In this document: positions 31,263-41,254 of the stretch, piece after piece
Layout: every line of letters begins with the position of its first letter
How positions within the stretch are numbered: the stretch's first letter is position 1
Source of the DNA: Gemmatimonadota bacterium
GTDB taxonomy: Bacteria > Gemmatimonadota > Gemmatimonadetes > JACCXV01 > JAHWKZ01
DNA length: 64,000 nt
NCBI GenBank assembly: GCA_033722155.1
Contig: JAWVZN010000001.1
Location: 29,450 to 93,449, forward strand
Direction: 5' to 3'
Position numbers and translations under genes: made by a program
Notes under the pieces: model-generated
Databases searched by the model: none
Told to the model about the DNA's origin: nothing
The model's input: the letters and a program-made list of their open reading frames with translations, nothing else

Positions 31263-31951
31263 GTCTCCTCCTCGTCGTTCTCCTCGGCCACGATGTCGAG
31301 CAGCTCGTGCACGTCCTCGAGATCCCAGTCGGCCCCGGAGTGGACGGTGCCGAAGGTGTCCCCGTATCGGGCGAAGGCGGTCCGCATCCCCACCTGCATC
31401 GCCCCCACGACGTCCCGCTCGGCCCAGTCGCCCACCATGATCGCCTCCTCCGGCTCCACCTCCAGCAGCTCGAGCACGCGCTCGAACGGAGCGGGGGCGG
31501 GCTTCCTCTCGCCGGTGTCCTCGAACGTCACCACGACGTCGAAGAGGTGGTGAAGGTTCAGGTAGCAAAGCCGGAGCCACGCCTCCCGCCGGGGCGCGTC
31601 GGAGATCACGGCGAGGCGGAGACCGCGCTTGAGCAGCTCCATCAGAGTGACGGTCACGTGCGGGTACAGGACGAGGGCGGCCTCGCGGGCCCGGCGATAG
31701 GCGACGACGCCGGCGGCCAGGATCTTGTAGTCGACCCGGCCGAGGCGCTCCTCCAGAAGGTCGTCGAAGACCCGCTGGTACTCGATCCCCTCGCGGTCGT
31801 AGATCTCGAAGATCCGATCCTCGGCTTCCCCCCGGTCGAGCGGAAGCCCGGCGTCGATCATCGCGTCGATCGCCGCCTCGACCGCGAGGCGCTTCATCGA
31901 CATGAAGTCGAGAAGCGTGTTGTCGAGATCGAAGACGACCGCCCGGATCAA
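31259..31951 (-). CDS. HAD family hydrolase
   Basis: MIRAVVFDLDNTLLDF (DxD motif I) ...LAVISDAPRR (motif II) ...KPAPAPF...VGDWAERDVVGA (motifs III/IV). Confidence 0.8.
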   Translation of the reverse strand: MIRAVVFDLDNTLLDFMSMKRLAVEAAIDAMIDAGLPLDRGEAEDRIFEIYDREGIEYQRVFDDLLEERLGRVDYKILAAGVVAYRRAREAALVLYPHVTVTLMELLKRGLRLAVISDAPRREAWLRLCYLNLHHLFDVVVTFEDTGERKPAPAPFERVLELLEVEPEEAIMVGDWAERDVVGAMQVGMRTAFARYGDTFGTVHSGADWDLEDVHELLDIVAEENDEEET

Positions 31952-31961
31952 CGGATCGGGG

Positions 31962-32156
31962 CTACTTGTAGGACTGGCCGATCGTCCGCCCGATGGAGAT
32001 CTCGCCGTTGTCGATCCGCAGGTTGAAGCCGCATTCGGGCTCGGTGCAGACCCACGCCTTGTACCGGATGGTGGCTCCGTCCCGGCCGTAGTCGGAGAGC
32101 GGGATCAACACTCCCTCGTTGCACTTTCGGCACTGTGGGAACTGTCGCTCGGTCAT
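31962..32156 (-). CDS. small zinc-ribbon protein (about 64 aa), hypothetical
   Basis: MTERQFPQCRKCNEGVLIPL...WVCTEPECGFNLRIDNGE (CxxC...CxxxxC). The ATG at 32156 is preceded by the upstream gene's stop. The ORF-track N-terminal extension is G/R-rich. Confidence 0.55.
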   Translation of the reverse strand: MTERQFPQCRKCNEGVLIPLSDYGRDGATIRYKAWVCTEPECGFNLRIDNGEISIGRTIGQSYK

Positions 32157-32194
32157 CGCTTCCTCCCCTCCCGGATGCTCCCCCGCGCCCCCGC

Positions 32195-32583
32195 TCATTG
32201 CAGCGGACGACCTCCCCAGGGATACTGTCGCTCGAACACCTCGGCGAAGTCGAAGAGGTCCTCGAAGTCGCTCCGCGAGTCCGCCTCGTCCTTCGTCAGC
32301 ACGCCCACCTTCAGCAGGTTGAAGACGATCTCGCCGAAGTCCCGGGTGGCGTGGACGTTCCAGTGCTCGAGGACGGTCTTGGCGAGCGGACCGTACAGGC
32401 GGATCGCGAGCGAGCGGCACCCGTCGACGAGCTCGTTGCCGGAGACGTGGCGCCGCTCCGGCAGCGACTCGACGACCTCCTCCAGCGCGGTGAGGACGAA
32501 CGCGTACGCCTTGAGGGAGTAGTGGGCGTCGAGCGCCCGGAGCCGCTCCAGGGTTCCTCTGTCGAGATGGACGCTGTTCATCG
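32195..32583 (-). CDS. conserved hypothetical protein (129 aa), probably co-transcribed with hsp20
   Basis: MNSVHLDRGTLERLRALDAHYSLKAYAFVLTALEEVVESLPERRHVSGNELVDGCRSLAIRLYGPLAKTVLEHWNVHATRDFGEIVFNLLKVGVLTKDEADSRSDFEDLFDFAEVF. It has a normal composition, unlike the artefact ORFs. Its ATG abuts the hsp20 stop. Confidence 0.6.
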
Positions 32584-33015
32584 TCAGTCGATCGGGATCT
32601 CGCGGGATCCCCGCTCCGCCTTGGGCAGCCGCACCCGCAGCAGGCCGTCCTCGTAGCGGACCCGGACGCTCTCGGAGTCGATCGGCCGGACGATCCGGAT
32701 CCGCCGCCGGAACGGGCCCACCGGCAGCTCCATCTTGTGGTAGTGCCGCTTGCCGCCGGCGGTCTCCCGGCGCACGCCCTGGATCGTCAGGGTGTCGCTC
32801 TCGAACTCCACCTTGCAGTCGTCGGTGTCGAGGCCGGGGATGGCCAGAACGACGTGGATCGCCTCCTCCGTCTCGTACACGTCGGTCGGGGGGGTCCATC
32901 GGATGCGTCCCTGGAACGCGAAGGGGAGCTTCGCCTGGAACCAGTCGTCGATGTACCCCTCGACGTCGTCCAGGAGTTCCTCCACGGGGGTCTTCTTGTC
33001 CGTCTTTTCACCCAC
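32584..33015 (-). CDS. Hsp20/alpha-crystallin family small heat-shock protein
   Basis: WTPPTDVYETEEAIHVVLAIPGLDTDDCKVEFESDTLTIQGVRRE...ELPVGPFRRRIRI (alpha-crystallin domain). GTG start at 33015. Confidence 0.85.
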   Translation of the reverse strand: MGEKTDKKTPVEELLDDVEGYIDDWFQAKLPFAFQGRIRWTPPTDVYETEEAIHVVLAIPGLDTDDCKVEFESDTLTIQGVRRETAGGKRHYHKMELPVGPFRRRIRIVRPIDSESVRVRYEDGLLRVRLPKAERGSREIPID

Positions 33016-33083
33016 GATTGGAAGGAAGGTAGGCGGCTCCGAGGCCGGGCGTCAAGCGGCCCGGGAGCCCTCCTCGACCGGGA

Positions 33084-33317
33084 TCAGACCCGGTCCACCA
33101 GCGCTTCCTCCCCCGTCTGCTGGGCGCAGTGTGCGCAGCAGAAGAAGGAGCCGTCGGCCTCCACGCCGTGCCCGATGATCCGGCACCCGCAGTGGGCGCA
33201 GCTGGGAGCCAGGCGCTGGATGGCGCACTCGAAGGAGTCGAAGACGTGGCGGTCGCCGCCCATCACGACCTCGAACGACTTGTCGTACTCGTTTCCGCAC
33301 ACCTCGCAGGTGGCCAT
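33084..33317 (-). CDS. cysteine-rich metal-binding mini-protein (77 aa; TRASH/zinc-ribbon-like)
   Basis: MATCEVCGNEYDKSFEVVMGGDRHVFDSFECAIQRLAPSCAHCGCRIIGHGVEADGSFFCCAHCAQQTGEEALV. It has 10 Cys, arranged as CxxC-x22-C plus CxxCxC...CCxxC. Its ATG overlaps the upstream DUF2267 stop as TGATG. Confidence 0.65.
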   Translation of the reverse strand: MATCEVCGNEYDKSFEVVMGGDRHVFDSFECAIQRLAPSCAHCGCRIIGHGVEADGSFFCCAHCAQQTGEEALVDRV

Positions 33318-33772
33318 CAGCGAGCACCCCCCTCCGTTCCGGCGGGCTCCGGCCACAGCGTCCGGATCTCCTCCGGGAGGATGCCGATCACGTCCTCGAT
33401 CTCGCCCGGATCGACGTGGCGGGCCAACACGGCGAAGCTCGCCTGCGCCCACCGTCGCGGATCGGGGACCCCGGGCTGATCCTCCATCCCGGACTGGATC
33501 CGCTCGAGGAACTCCTGGAGGTCGTCGCCCGTGGGGGTCGCTCCCGGCTTCCACCCCTCGTAGTAGAAGCCGCGGATCAGCATCGGAAGCTGGGCCCCGA
33601 GGTCGGCCGCCTCCGCCACGGTGATCCGGTCGCGCAGGGCGTGCAGCGAGGCCCGAAGGACCCGGTAGGCGTACTTGCGATCGTCGGTGTGGAGCTCCTC
33701 CATCACGTCCTGGAGCCATTCGTTCGTCTTGTGGAACGTCTTGTCGAACACCTCGAGCCCCGTTTGCGACAT
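33317..33772 (-). CDS. DUF2267 domain protein
   Basis: MSQTGLEVFDKTFHKTNEWLQDVMEEL...VLRASLHALRDRITVAEAADLGAQLP...DVIGILPEEIRTLW. Start at the ATG at 33772. Confidence 0.7.
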   Translation of the reverse strand: MSQTGLEVFDKTFHKTNEWLQDVMEELHTDDRKYAYRVLRASLHALRDRITVAEAADLGAQLPMLIRGFYYEGWKPGATPTGDDLQEFLERIQSGMEDQPGVPDPRRWAQASFAVLARHVDPGEIEDVIGILPEEIRTLWPEPAGTEGGAR

Positions 33773-33870
33773 GGTCGTCCTCCTTCGGGATCCGCTCACG
33801 CTGGATACGATCGATTCCCTCTGTCACGCTGGAGTCTACGCGAGGGATCGGCGGGACCCTAGTAGGTGTC

Positions 33871-34506
33871 TTACGGGTCGCGGGGAGCCAGCCCGTCGGA
33901 GATCCGCTCCACCTCGATCCCGCCGCCGGACGCCTCCGAGATCCCGGCCTCGAACCCGGCCGCGCGCTCCACGGGCACGGAGACGATCCGGCGGACCCGC
34001 TCCCCGTATTCGGCCTCCACCTCCCGGACCGGGAAGCGCGCGATCGCGCCCTCCACCGCGGCGGTCGTCCCGTAGCCGTACTGGAGAGCGAAACGGACCC
34101 GGCGGACCACCGCCTCGAGATGTCCCGCCTGCCGCGCGCTCTCCACGGCCGTCCGCGCGGCCCCTCCGTAGGCGCGAACCAGCCCGCCGGTTCCGAGCTT
34201 CGTGCCCCCGAACCACCGGGAGACCACGCACACCGCCTGGACGAGCTCGGCGCGCTCCAGCGCCCCCAGGATCGGGCGCCCGGCCGTCCCCGCCGGCTCC
34301 CCCGCGTCGAAGCCCGCCCCCTCGATCGTCCCCTCGCTCCACGTCCGCCGGGCCCAGCAGTGGTGGGTGGCGTCCCGGTGCGCCTCGGCACGGCGATCCC
34401 GGATCCGGGCTGCCTCGGCGGCGGCGTCGGCGCGATCCAGCCGCGCGAGGAACCGGGAGCCGCGCACCGTGATCTCCACCTCGACGGGGCGGGTCGGTCG
34501 CATCAT
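33871..34506 (-). CDS. yigZ: YigZ/IMPACT family protein (UPF0029)
   Basis: MMRPTRPVEVEITVRGSRFLARLDRA...HHCWARR...GEPAGTAGRPILGALERAELVQAVCVVSRWFGGTKLGTGGLVRAY. Confidence 0.8.
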   Translation of the reverse strand: MMRPTRPVEVEITVRGSRFLARLDRADAAAEAARIRDRRAEAHRDATHHCWARRTWSEGTIEGAGFDAGEPAGTAGRPILGALERAELVQAVCVVSRWFGGTKLGTGGLVRAYGGAARTAVESARQAGHLEAVVRRVRFALQYGYGTTAAVEGAIARFPVREVEAEYGERVRRIVSVPVERAAGFEAGISEASGGGIEVERISDGLAPRDP

Positions 34507-34538
34507 GGATGGAGGACGAGGGGACGCCCGGGGCGGCG

Positions 34539-35825
34539 TCAGTCGGCCGGAGCGAGCGGGCGCCGGCGCCGCTCGAGCCACTCCCGGTACAGGGGAAAGG
34601 CGTCGCACACGGCGCGAACCTCTCCGCGCACCCGGTCGATGGTGGCGCCGTCGCCGGGGGCGTCCAGGACGTCGGCCATCCACCCCCCGATCGCCGCCAT
34701 CTCCTCCTCGCCCATCCCCCGGGAGGTGATCGCGGGGGTGCCGACCCGGATCCCGCTGGTGACGAAGGGACTGCGGGTCTCCCCGGGCACCGTGTTCTTG
34801 TTCACCGTGATCGCGGCGGATTCGAGCGCCTCCTCCGCCTCCTTGCCGGTCAACTCCTCGCGGCCGCTCTTCCGGAAGTCGACGAGGAACAGGTGGGAGT
34901 CGGTGCCGCCGGTCACCACGTGATACCCCCGCTCGTCCAACGCGGCCGCCAGGGCCTTCGCGTTGGCGACGATCCGCGCCGCGTACTCCTCGAACTCCGG
35001 CTCCAGGGCCTCGCCGAACGACACCGCCTTGGCGGCGATCACGTGCTGGAGCGGTCCTCCCTGGATGCCCGGGAAGATCCACTTGTCGATCGGCTTGGCG
35101 TACTCCTCCTCGCACACGATCAGACCCCCGCGGGGACCCCGCAGGGTCTTGTGGGTGGTCGAGGTGACGATCTGGGCGTGCGGCACCGGCGACGGGAACG
35201 CGCCCCCGGCCACGAGGCCGGCGAAGTGGGCCATGTCCACGATCAGCACCGCGCCCACCGCGTCGGCGATCTCCCGGAAGGCGGCGAAGTCGATCGTCCG
35301 GCTGTAGGCGCTTCCGCCGGCGACGATCGCCTTCGGGTTCGACTCCTCGGCGACACGTCGCACCTCCCCGAGATCGATCCGGCCCGTCTCGTCGTCCACG
35401 CCGTAGCTCACCACCTCGAAGAGGCGCCCGCTGAAGTTCACCGGGCTCCCGTGGGTGAGGTGACCGCCCGCCGAGAGATCCATCCCGAGAAGGGTGTCGC
35501 CGGGCTCCATCACCGAGAGGTAGGCCGCCATGTTCGCCTGCGAGCCGGAGTGGGGCTGGACGTTGGCGTGGTCGGAGCCGAAGAGCTCCTTCGCGCGGCC
35601 GATCGCCAGGCTCTCGGCGGTGTCGACGTTCTGGCACCCTCCGTAGTAGCGCCGGCCGGGGTACCCCTCCGCGTACTTGTTGGTGAGGACCGACCCGGTG
35701 GCTTCGAGAACCGCGGGGCTGACGAAGTTCTCGCTGGCGATCAGCTCCAGGCCGTCCGCCTGGCGCTCGATCTCCGCCACGATCGCGCGGAAGATCTCGG
35801 GGTCCCGCTCGGAGAGCGGCCTCAC
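34539..35825 (-). CDS. glyA: serine hydroxymethyltransferase
   Basis: [38 protein letters not shown]...[17 protein letters not shown] (PLP-lysine). GTG start at 35825, overlapping the rpiB stop as GTGA. Confidence 0.95.
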   Translation of the reverse strand: MRPLSERDPEIFRAIVAEIERQADGLELIASENFVSPAVLEATGSVLTNKYAEGYPGRRYYGGCQNVDTAESLAIGRAKELFGSDHANVQPHSGSQANMAAYLSVMEPGDTLLGMDLSAGGHLTHGSPVNFSGRLFEVVSYGVDDETGRIDLGEVRRVAEESNPKAIVAGGSAYSRTIDFAAFREIADAVGAVLIVDMAHFAGLVAGGAFPSPVPHAQIVTSTTHKTLRGPRGGLIVCEEEYAKPIDKWIFPGIQGGPLQHVIAAKAVSFGEALEPEFEEYAARIVANAKALAAALDERGYHVVTGGTDSHLFLVDFRKSGREELTGKEAEEALESAAITVNKNTVPGETRSPFVTSGIRVGTPAITSRGMGEEEMAAIGGWMADVLDAPGDGATIDRVRGEVRAVCDAFPLYREWLERRRRPLAPAD

Positions 35826-36268
35826 GATGCTCCCCGGTCGATCTTCTCCACCCGACGCCCGTGCCGGCCGCCGGCGAACTCGGTGTCGAGGAAGCTCCAC
35901 ACGATCTTCTTGGCGTGAACCGGTTCGAGCAGCCGCGCCCCGAGGCACAGGACGTTGGCGTCGTTGTGCTCGCGGGCCTGGCGGGCCATCCGCTCGTCGA
36001 GGCAGTTCGCTGCGCGTACCCCGCCGTACCGGTTGGCCGCGATCGCCATCCCGGTGCCCGACCCGCAGCACAGGATCCCGCGGGGGGCCCGGCCGGCGAC
36101 GATCGATTCGGCGAGGCGCTGGGCGTGGTCGGGATAATCGGTGGATTCGGCCGAGCCGGTCCCCAGGTCGATCGGCTCCCAGCCGAGATCGCGGAGGTGG
36201 TCGACGAGATCCCGCTTCAGCTCGAACCCGGCGTGGTCGGAGGCGAGAAGGATCGCTCGATCGGCCAT
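35822..36268 (-). CDS. rpiB: ribose-5-phosphate isomerase B
   Basis: [36 protein letters not shown]...[26 protein letters not shown] at 36268, overlapping the upstream stop as ATGA. Confidence 0.9.
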   Translation of the reverse strand: MADRAILLASDHAGFELKRDLVDHLRDLGWEPIDLGTGSAESTDYPDHAQRLAESIVAGRAPRGILCCGSGTGMAIAANRYGGVRAANCLDERMARQAREHNDANVLCLGARLLEPVHAKKIVWSFLDTEFAGGRHGRRVEKIDRGAS

Positions 36269-37356
36269 CAGCCGGCGGCCGCGGCGGGCTCCCCCGCCTC
36301 CAGCTCCCGGCGATCCTGCGCCGATCGGATCCGCTGCTGCGCCAGCCGGTCGGCGGCCCGGTAGGTGGGAATCCCCTCCTCCTCGGCGATCTCGTAGATG
36401 GAGAGAAGCGTGTCGTAGATCCCGGCCGCCTTCTCCTTGGCGACGCCGGTCCCGTACCCGACGATCTCGCCGTAGACGTTGATGAGGCCGCCGGCGTTGA
36501 TCACGTAGTCGGGGGCGTACAGGATGCCGCGGGCGTCCAGGGCGTCGCCGTGGCGATCCTCCTCGAGCTGGTTGTTGGCCGCGCCGGCGACCACCTCGCA
36601 CTTCAGGCGCCGGAGCGTGTTGTCGTTGATGATCGCCCCCAACGCGCACGGGGCGAACACCTCGCACTCGACGTCGTAGATCTCCCCGGGATCGGCCACG
36701 TCGGCGTCGAACTCCTCGACCACGCGGGCGACCTTCTCCGCGTCGATGTCGGCGATCGTGATCTCGGCCCCCTCGGCGGCGAGGTCCTCGCACAGGTAGT
36801 ACCCGACGTGGCCCGCCCCCTGGACGGCGATCCGGGTCCCCTCGAGGCTGTCGGTGCCCAGCTTCCGCTTGCAGGAGGCACGGATCCCGTGGTACACGCC
36901 GTACGCGGTGACCGGCGATGGGTCGCCCGACCCTCTCGGGCTCGAGCGGATGCCCGTGACGTGCTCGGTCTCCTCGTAGACGTACTCCATGTCCTCGACC
37001 CCGATCCCGACGTCCTCGGCGGTGATGTAGCGGCCGCCCAGGGTGTCAACGAAGCGGCCGTGGGCGCGGAGCAGGTCGGGGGTCTTGTCCGTCTTCGAGT
37101 CGCCGAGGATCACCGCCTTGCCACCCCCCAGGTCGAGGCCCGCGACCGCCGCCTTGTACGTCATCCCCTCCGAGAGGCGCAGCACGTCCACGAGCGCCTC
37201 CAGCGTGGATCGGTACGTCCACATCCGGGTACCCCCGAGGGCGGGCCCCAGGGTGGTGTCGTGGATCGCGATGATCGACTGGAGACCGGCCTTCTCGTCG
37301 TGGCAGAAGACCACCTGCTCGTGATGCGCCTCGGTGATCAGATCGAAGATGTCCAA
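36268..37356 (-). CDS. Leu/Val/Phe-type amino-acid dehydrogenase (leucine/valine dehydrogenase)
   Basis: [21 protein letters not shown]...[11 protein letters not shown] (catalytic K in the GGGK motif) ...[15 protein letters not shown] (Rossmann). TTG start at 37356, preceded by GAAGGAG. Confidence 0.85.
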   Translation of the reverse strand: MDIFDLITEAHHEQVVFCHDEKAGLQSIIAIHDTTLGPALGGTRMWTYRSTLEALVDVLRLSEGMTYKAAVAGLDLGGGKAVILGDSKTDKTPDLLRAHGRFVDTLGGRYITAEDVGIGVEDMEYVYEETEHVTGIRSSPRGSGDPSPVTAYGVYHGIRASCKRKLGTDSLEGTRIAVQGAGHVGYYLCEDLAAEGAEITIADIDAEKVARVVEEFDADVADPGEIYDVECEVFAPCALGAIINDNTLRRLKCEVVAGAANNQLEEDRHGDALDARGILYAPDYVINAGGLINVYGEIVGYGTGVAKEKAAGIYDTLLSIYEIAEEEGIPTYRAADRLAQQRIRSAQDRRELEAGEPAAAAG

Positions 37357-37401
37357 CGGAGTGGGCTCCTTCTCTGGGTGGCGGGTGTGGCCGGTCAGAC
37401 G

Positions 37402-38535
37402 TTATTCGCCGAACAATTCGTTTGCAATCACCAGCCGCTGGATCTCGCTGGTCCCCTCGTAGATCTCCGTCACCTTGGCGTCCCGGAAGTACCGCTCCAC
37501 CGGATACTCCTTCACGTAGCCGTACCCGCCGTACACCTGGACCGCCTTCACGCCGGCCTCCATCGCGGTCCGGCTCGCGAGCAGCTTCGCCATCGACACC
37601 TCCTTGCGGGCGGGCTCGCCGCGGTCCTGCTTCTCGGCCGCGGCCCAGGTGAGCGCGCGGGCGGCCTCGATCTCCGCCGCGAGGTCCGCCAGCATGAACC
37701 GCAACCCCTGGAACTCGCCGATCGGGCGGCCGAAGGCGACCCGCTCCTTCGCGTACTCGAGGGACAGTTCGAGGCAGCGGCCCGCGATCCCGAGCGCCTG
37801 GGCGGCCACGCCGAGGCGACCGTGCCCGAGGCTGGAGAGCGCGTGGCGGAGCCCCTCGCCTTCGTCTCCGAGCCGGTTGTCGGCGGGCACCCGCAGGCCG
37901 TCGAGCACGATCTCGGTCGTGTTCGAGGCGCGGAGCCCCATCTTCTTCTCCTCCTTGCCCACCGCGTAGCCGTCCCAGCCGGTCTCCACGACGAAGGCGC
38001 TGATCCCGCCCGCGCCCTCGCCGGTCCGGGCCATCACCACCACGAGGTCGGCGGTTCCCCCGTTGGTGACCCACGCCTTCGTCCCGTTCAGCACGTACTC
38101 CCCGCCGTCTCGCTCGGCACGGCACCGCATGGCCCCCGGGTCGCTGCCGGCGTGGTTCTCCGAGAGAGCGAACGCCCCGAGAATCGATCCCTCCGCCATC
38201 GGGCGCAGGTAGCGCTCCTTCGCCCCCCCGGAGCCGTGCTCGACCAGCATCCGGGTGGGAAGCGAGTTGTGGACGCTCATCGTGACGGCCATCGAGGGGT
38301 CGATCCGGGCGATCTCCTCGAGGGCCATGAGATAGGTGACGGTGTCGAGCCCGCTGCCGCCCCACTCCTCGGGAGCCAGCATCCCGAGGAAGCCGAGCTC
38401 CCCCAGGGCGTCCACCTTCTCCCGCGGGAAGGTGCCGGTCCGGTCCCACGCCTCGACGTGGGGCGCCAGCTCGCTCTCGGCGAATTCCCGCGCCGTGCGG
38501 ACGATCTCCCGCTGGATGTCGGTGAGCTCCCTCAC
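37402..38535 (-). CDS. acyl-CoA dehydrogenase
   Basis: [31 protein letters not shown]...[17 protein letters not shown]...[22 protein letters not shown] start at 38535, overlapping the hbd stop as GTGA. Confidence 0.85.
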   Translation of the reverse strand: MRELTDIQREIVRTAREFAESELAPHVEAWDRTGTFPREKVDALGELGFLGMLAPEEWGGSGLDTVTYLMALEEIARIDPSMAVTMSVHNSLPTRMLVEHGSGGAKERYLRPMAEGSILGAFALSENHAGSDPGAMRCRAERDGGEYVLNGTKAWVTNGGTADLVVVMARTGEGAGGISAFVVETGWDGYAVGKEEKKMGLRASNTTEIVLDGLRVPADNRLGDEGEGLRHALSSLGHGRLGVAAQALGIAGRCLELSLEYAKERVAFGRPIGEFQGLRFMLADLAAEIEAARALTWAAAEKQDRGEPARKEVSMAKLLASRTAMEAGVKAVQVYGGYGYVKEYPVERYFRDAKVTEIYEGTSEIQRLVIANELFGE

Positions 38536-39389
38536 GCCGACCCGTAGTCGAAGAACCCGCGGCCGGACTTCCGACCGAGGTGGCCCGCCGCCACCTTCTT
38601 CCGCAGCAGCGGACAGGGGCGGTATTTCGGGTCCCCCAGCTCCTCGTGGAGCACCTCCAGGATCGCCAGGCACACGTCGAGGCCGATGAAGTCCGCCAGG
38701 GTGAGCGGCCCCATCGGGTGGCTCATCCCGAGCTTCATCACCGTGTCGATCGCCTCCGGCTCGGCGACCCCCTCCATCACGCAGTAGATCGCCTCGTTCA
38801 CCATCGGCATCAGCACCCGGTTCGACACGAAGCCGGGGAAGTCCTCCACCGTCACCGGCGTCTTCCCCAGCGACTCCGCCAGGTCGACGATCGTCTCGTG
38901 GGTCTCGTCGTCGGTCTCGAGCCCGCGGATCACCTCCACCAGCTCCATCACCGGGACCGGGTTCATGAAGTGCATCCCGATGAACAGGTCCGGCCGGCTG
39001 GTCGCGGCCGCGAGCTGGGTGATCGAGATCGAGGAGGTGTTCGAGGCGAAGATCGCCTCGGGCTGGACGATGGCGTCGAGGGTGCGGAAGACGTCCGTCT
39101 TCACCCCCTCGTCCTCCACGATCGCCTCCACGACCAGATCGGCCCCGTGGGCGGCCTCGAGCTCGGCCGCGGTCTCGATCCGCCCGAGGGCCGCCCGCTT
39201 TCCCTCCTCGTCGAGGCTTCCCTTCTCCACCTGGCGTCCGAGGTTCGTCTCGATCGTCTCGAGCGCCTCGCCGAGCTGGGCGGCGTCGCTGTCGATCAGG
39301 AGCACCTCGTGGCCGTTCGCGGCGAAGACGTGGGCGATGCCGTTGCCCATGGTGCCGGCGCCGACGACGGCGACCGATTCGACGTTCAT
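38532..39389 (-). CDS. hbd: 3-hydroxybutyryl-CoA dehydrogenase
   Basis: [24 protein letters not shown] (NAD-binding) ...[14 protein letters not shown]...[15 protein letters not shown]... Confidence 0.9.
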   Translation of the reverse strand: MNVESVAVVGAGTMGNGIAHVFAANGHEVLLIDSDAAQLGEALETIETNLGRQVEKGSLDEEGKRAALGRIETAAELEAAHGADLVVEAIVEDEGVKTDVFRTLDAIVQPEAIFASNTSSISITQLAAATSRPDLFIGMHFMNPVPVMELVEVIRGLETDDETHETIVDLAESLGKTPVTVEDFPGFVSNRVLMPMVNEAIYCVMEGVAEPEAIDTVMKLGMSHPMGPLTLADFIGLDVCLAILEVLHEELGDPKYRPCPLLRKKVAAGHLGRKSGRGFFDYGSA

Positions 39390-40006
39390 CGGGGTCCTCC
39401 TTCGGGGGATGGCCGGGAAGGCCGGTCCACGCAGCTCGTCCGGAGGAGGACGACAGGGGCGACGGGCGGGTCGTCCGTGTACACGTCGGTCGTCGCGGTG
39501 ATCGTCCCGCGCGCCTCCGCCACGTCGTATCCGTGCTCCCGCGCCTTCGTCCGGACGCTTCGGACGTCCAGGTCGTAGGTCGTGGGATGGCTCGTGAATC
39601 GGATCCTCACCCGGTCCTCCTCCATACGTTTCCAATACCACAGGTATTCGGGGCCCGGCAGGAACCACCCGCGGTCCGGGTCCGGGATCGACGCCCGCCG
39701 GTTCGGATCGTCCACTTCGTTCCTCTCGCACTCCCGGACCACCGCGCAGATCGAGAACAACGGGTCGTGGTGCAGGACGATCTCCCGTGGCGGAGAGTAG
39801 GCCACGTCCAGTTCCGGCGGATTCCAGTCGCCGAGCTCGACGTCCCAACACGACCCCGACCATGCGTTCAGCGCGGCGGCGCTGGCGCTAGCGGATTTCT
39901 CCCCCTCCGGCTGAGCACGGGCTGGAACCGCCCCGAGGCACACCGCTGCAGCAGCGACGAGCGTGAGTCCCGCCCGGCGATCTCGGAGATCCCCGCGTAG
40001 CCTCAC
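39386..40006 (-). CDS. hypothetical secreted protein
   Basis: From [36 protein letters not shown] (signal peptide) ...[36 protein letters not shown]... There are no recognisable family motifs. The G/P/R-rich C-terminal tail lowers confidence. Confidence 0.45.
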   Translation of the reverse strand: MRLRGDLRDRRAGLTLVAAAAVCLGAVPARAQPEGEKSASASAAALNAWSGSCWDVELGDWNPPELDVAYSPPREIVLHHDPLFSICAVVRECERNEVDDPNRRASIPDPDRGWFLPGPEYLWYWKRMEEDRVRIRFTSHPTTYDLDVRSVRTKAREHGYDVAEARGTITATTDVYTDDPPVAPVVLLRTSCVDRPSRPSPEGGPR

Positions 40007-41199
40007 ACCGCCTCTACTTCCATGGCCACCGCGTTTCCGCCTCCGAGGCAAAGCGTTGCCAGACCGGTCTTTGCCCCACGGTCTCTCATGGCATACACGA
40101 GGGTCGTGAGCACCCGCGCGCCGCTGGCGCCGATCGGGTGGCCGAGCGCCACCGCGCCGCCGTTGACGTTCACCTTCTCCCAATCCCAGCCGAGCTCCTT
40201 TCCGTCGGCGAGCGCCTGCACGGCGAACGCCTCGTTCGCCTCGATCAGGTCGTACTCGTCGATCTCGCGGCCGGTCTTCTCCATCAGGTCGCGCACGGCG
40301 AACACCGGCGCGTAGAAGAGGAGCTTCGGCTCGGTGCCGGCGGAGGCGTAGTCGACGATCCGGGCCAGCGGCTCCAGCCCGTGCTCCTCGGCGTACGCCT
40401 CGCTCGTGATCACCAGCGCGCTCGCGCCGTCGTTGAGGCCGGGTGCGTTGCCCGCGGTGACCGTCCCCTCGCGGCTGAAGGCGGGTTTCAGCTTTCCCAG
40501 GATCTCCATCGTGGTGTCGCGCCGCGGCCCCTCGTCGGTGTCGACCACCGTGGTGCCCTTGCGGGATTCGATCTCGACGGCGACGATCTCCTCGTCGAAG
40601 CGGCCGGCGTCCATCGCGTCGATCGCCTTCTGGTGGCTCTCGAGCGCGAAGGCGTCCTGCTCCTCCCGCGAGATCTCCGACTTCTCGGCCGTCAGCTCGG
40701 CGTGCTCGCCCATGTGGACGCCCTCGAAGGCGCACCACAACCCGTCCTTGATCATGGCGTCGACCATCTTCTGGTCTCCGAACTTGACCCCCTTCCGGGC
40801 GCCGTACAGGAGATAGGGCGCGCTCGACATCGACTCCTGGCCGCCCGCGACCACACACCGCTGGTCGCCGGCGCGGATCGACTGCGCTGCGAGCATCGCC
40901 GCCTTCAGCCCCGAGCCGCACACCTTGTTGACCGTCATCGCGGGCACGGTGTCCGGTACCCCGCCGAAGTGGGCCGACTGGCGGGCGGGCGCCTGGCCGC
41001 TTCCGGCCTGGACGACCTGTCCCATGATCACCTCGTCGATCGTCTCGGGGTCGATCCCCGCCCGCTCGACCGCCTCGCGGACGACCGTCGCGCCCAGCTC
41101 GGGCGCCGTTTTCGGCGACAGCGCCCCCAGGAACCGCCCGATCGGGGTCCGGCAGGCGCTGGCGATCACCGCCGTGGTCCGCTTTCCATTCTCGCTCAT
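40003..41199 (-). CDS. acetyl-CoA C-acetyltransferase (thiolase II)
   Basis: VNKVCGSGLKAAMLAA (active-site Cys) ...NVNGGAVALGHPIGASGARVL...GLATLCLGGGNAVA. A strong SD (GGAAAGGAG) precedes the ATG at 41199. Confidence 0.95.
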   Translation of the reverse strand: MSENGKRTTAVIASACRTPIGRFLGALSPKTAPELGATVVREAVERAGIDPETIDEVIMGQVVQAGSGQAPARQSAHFGGVPDTVPAMTVNKVCGSGLKAAMLAAQSIRAGDQRCVVAGGQESMSSAPYLLYGARKGVKFGDQKMVDAMIKDGLWCAFEGVHMGEHAELTAEKSEISREEQDAFALESHQKAIDAMDAGRFDEEIVAVEIESRKGTTVVDTDEGPRRDTTMEILGKLKPAFSREGTVTAGNAPGLNDGASALVITSEAYAEEHGLEPLARIVDYASAGTEPKLLFYAPVFAVRDLMEKTGREIDEYDLIEANEAFAVQALADGKELGWDWEKVNVNGGAVALGHPIGASGARVLTTLVYAMRDRGAKTGLATLCLGGGNAVAMEVEAV

Positions 41200-41254
41200 C
41201 GGGTTCTCCTTTCCGTCGCTTCCCTATCGATCGTTTCGATATCGCGTCCTCGAT

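Noticed and set aside
33016-33083. Sigma-32-type heat-shock promoter upstream of hsp20 (CTTGACG-N13-CCGCCTAC).
   Set aside because: It resembles the consensus only partially (CTTGAAA...CCCCATnT), so I do not call it as a feature. It is mentioned only in the stress-cluster finding.
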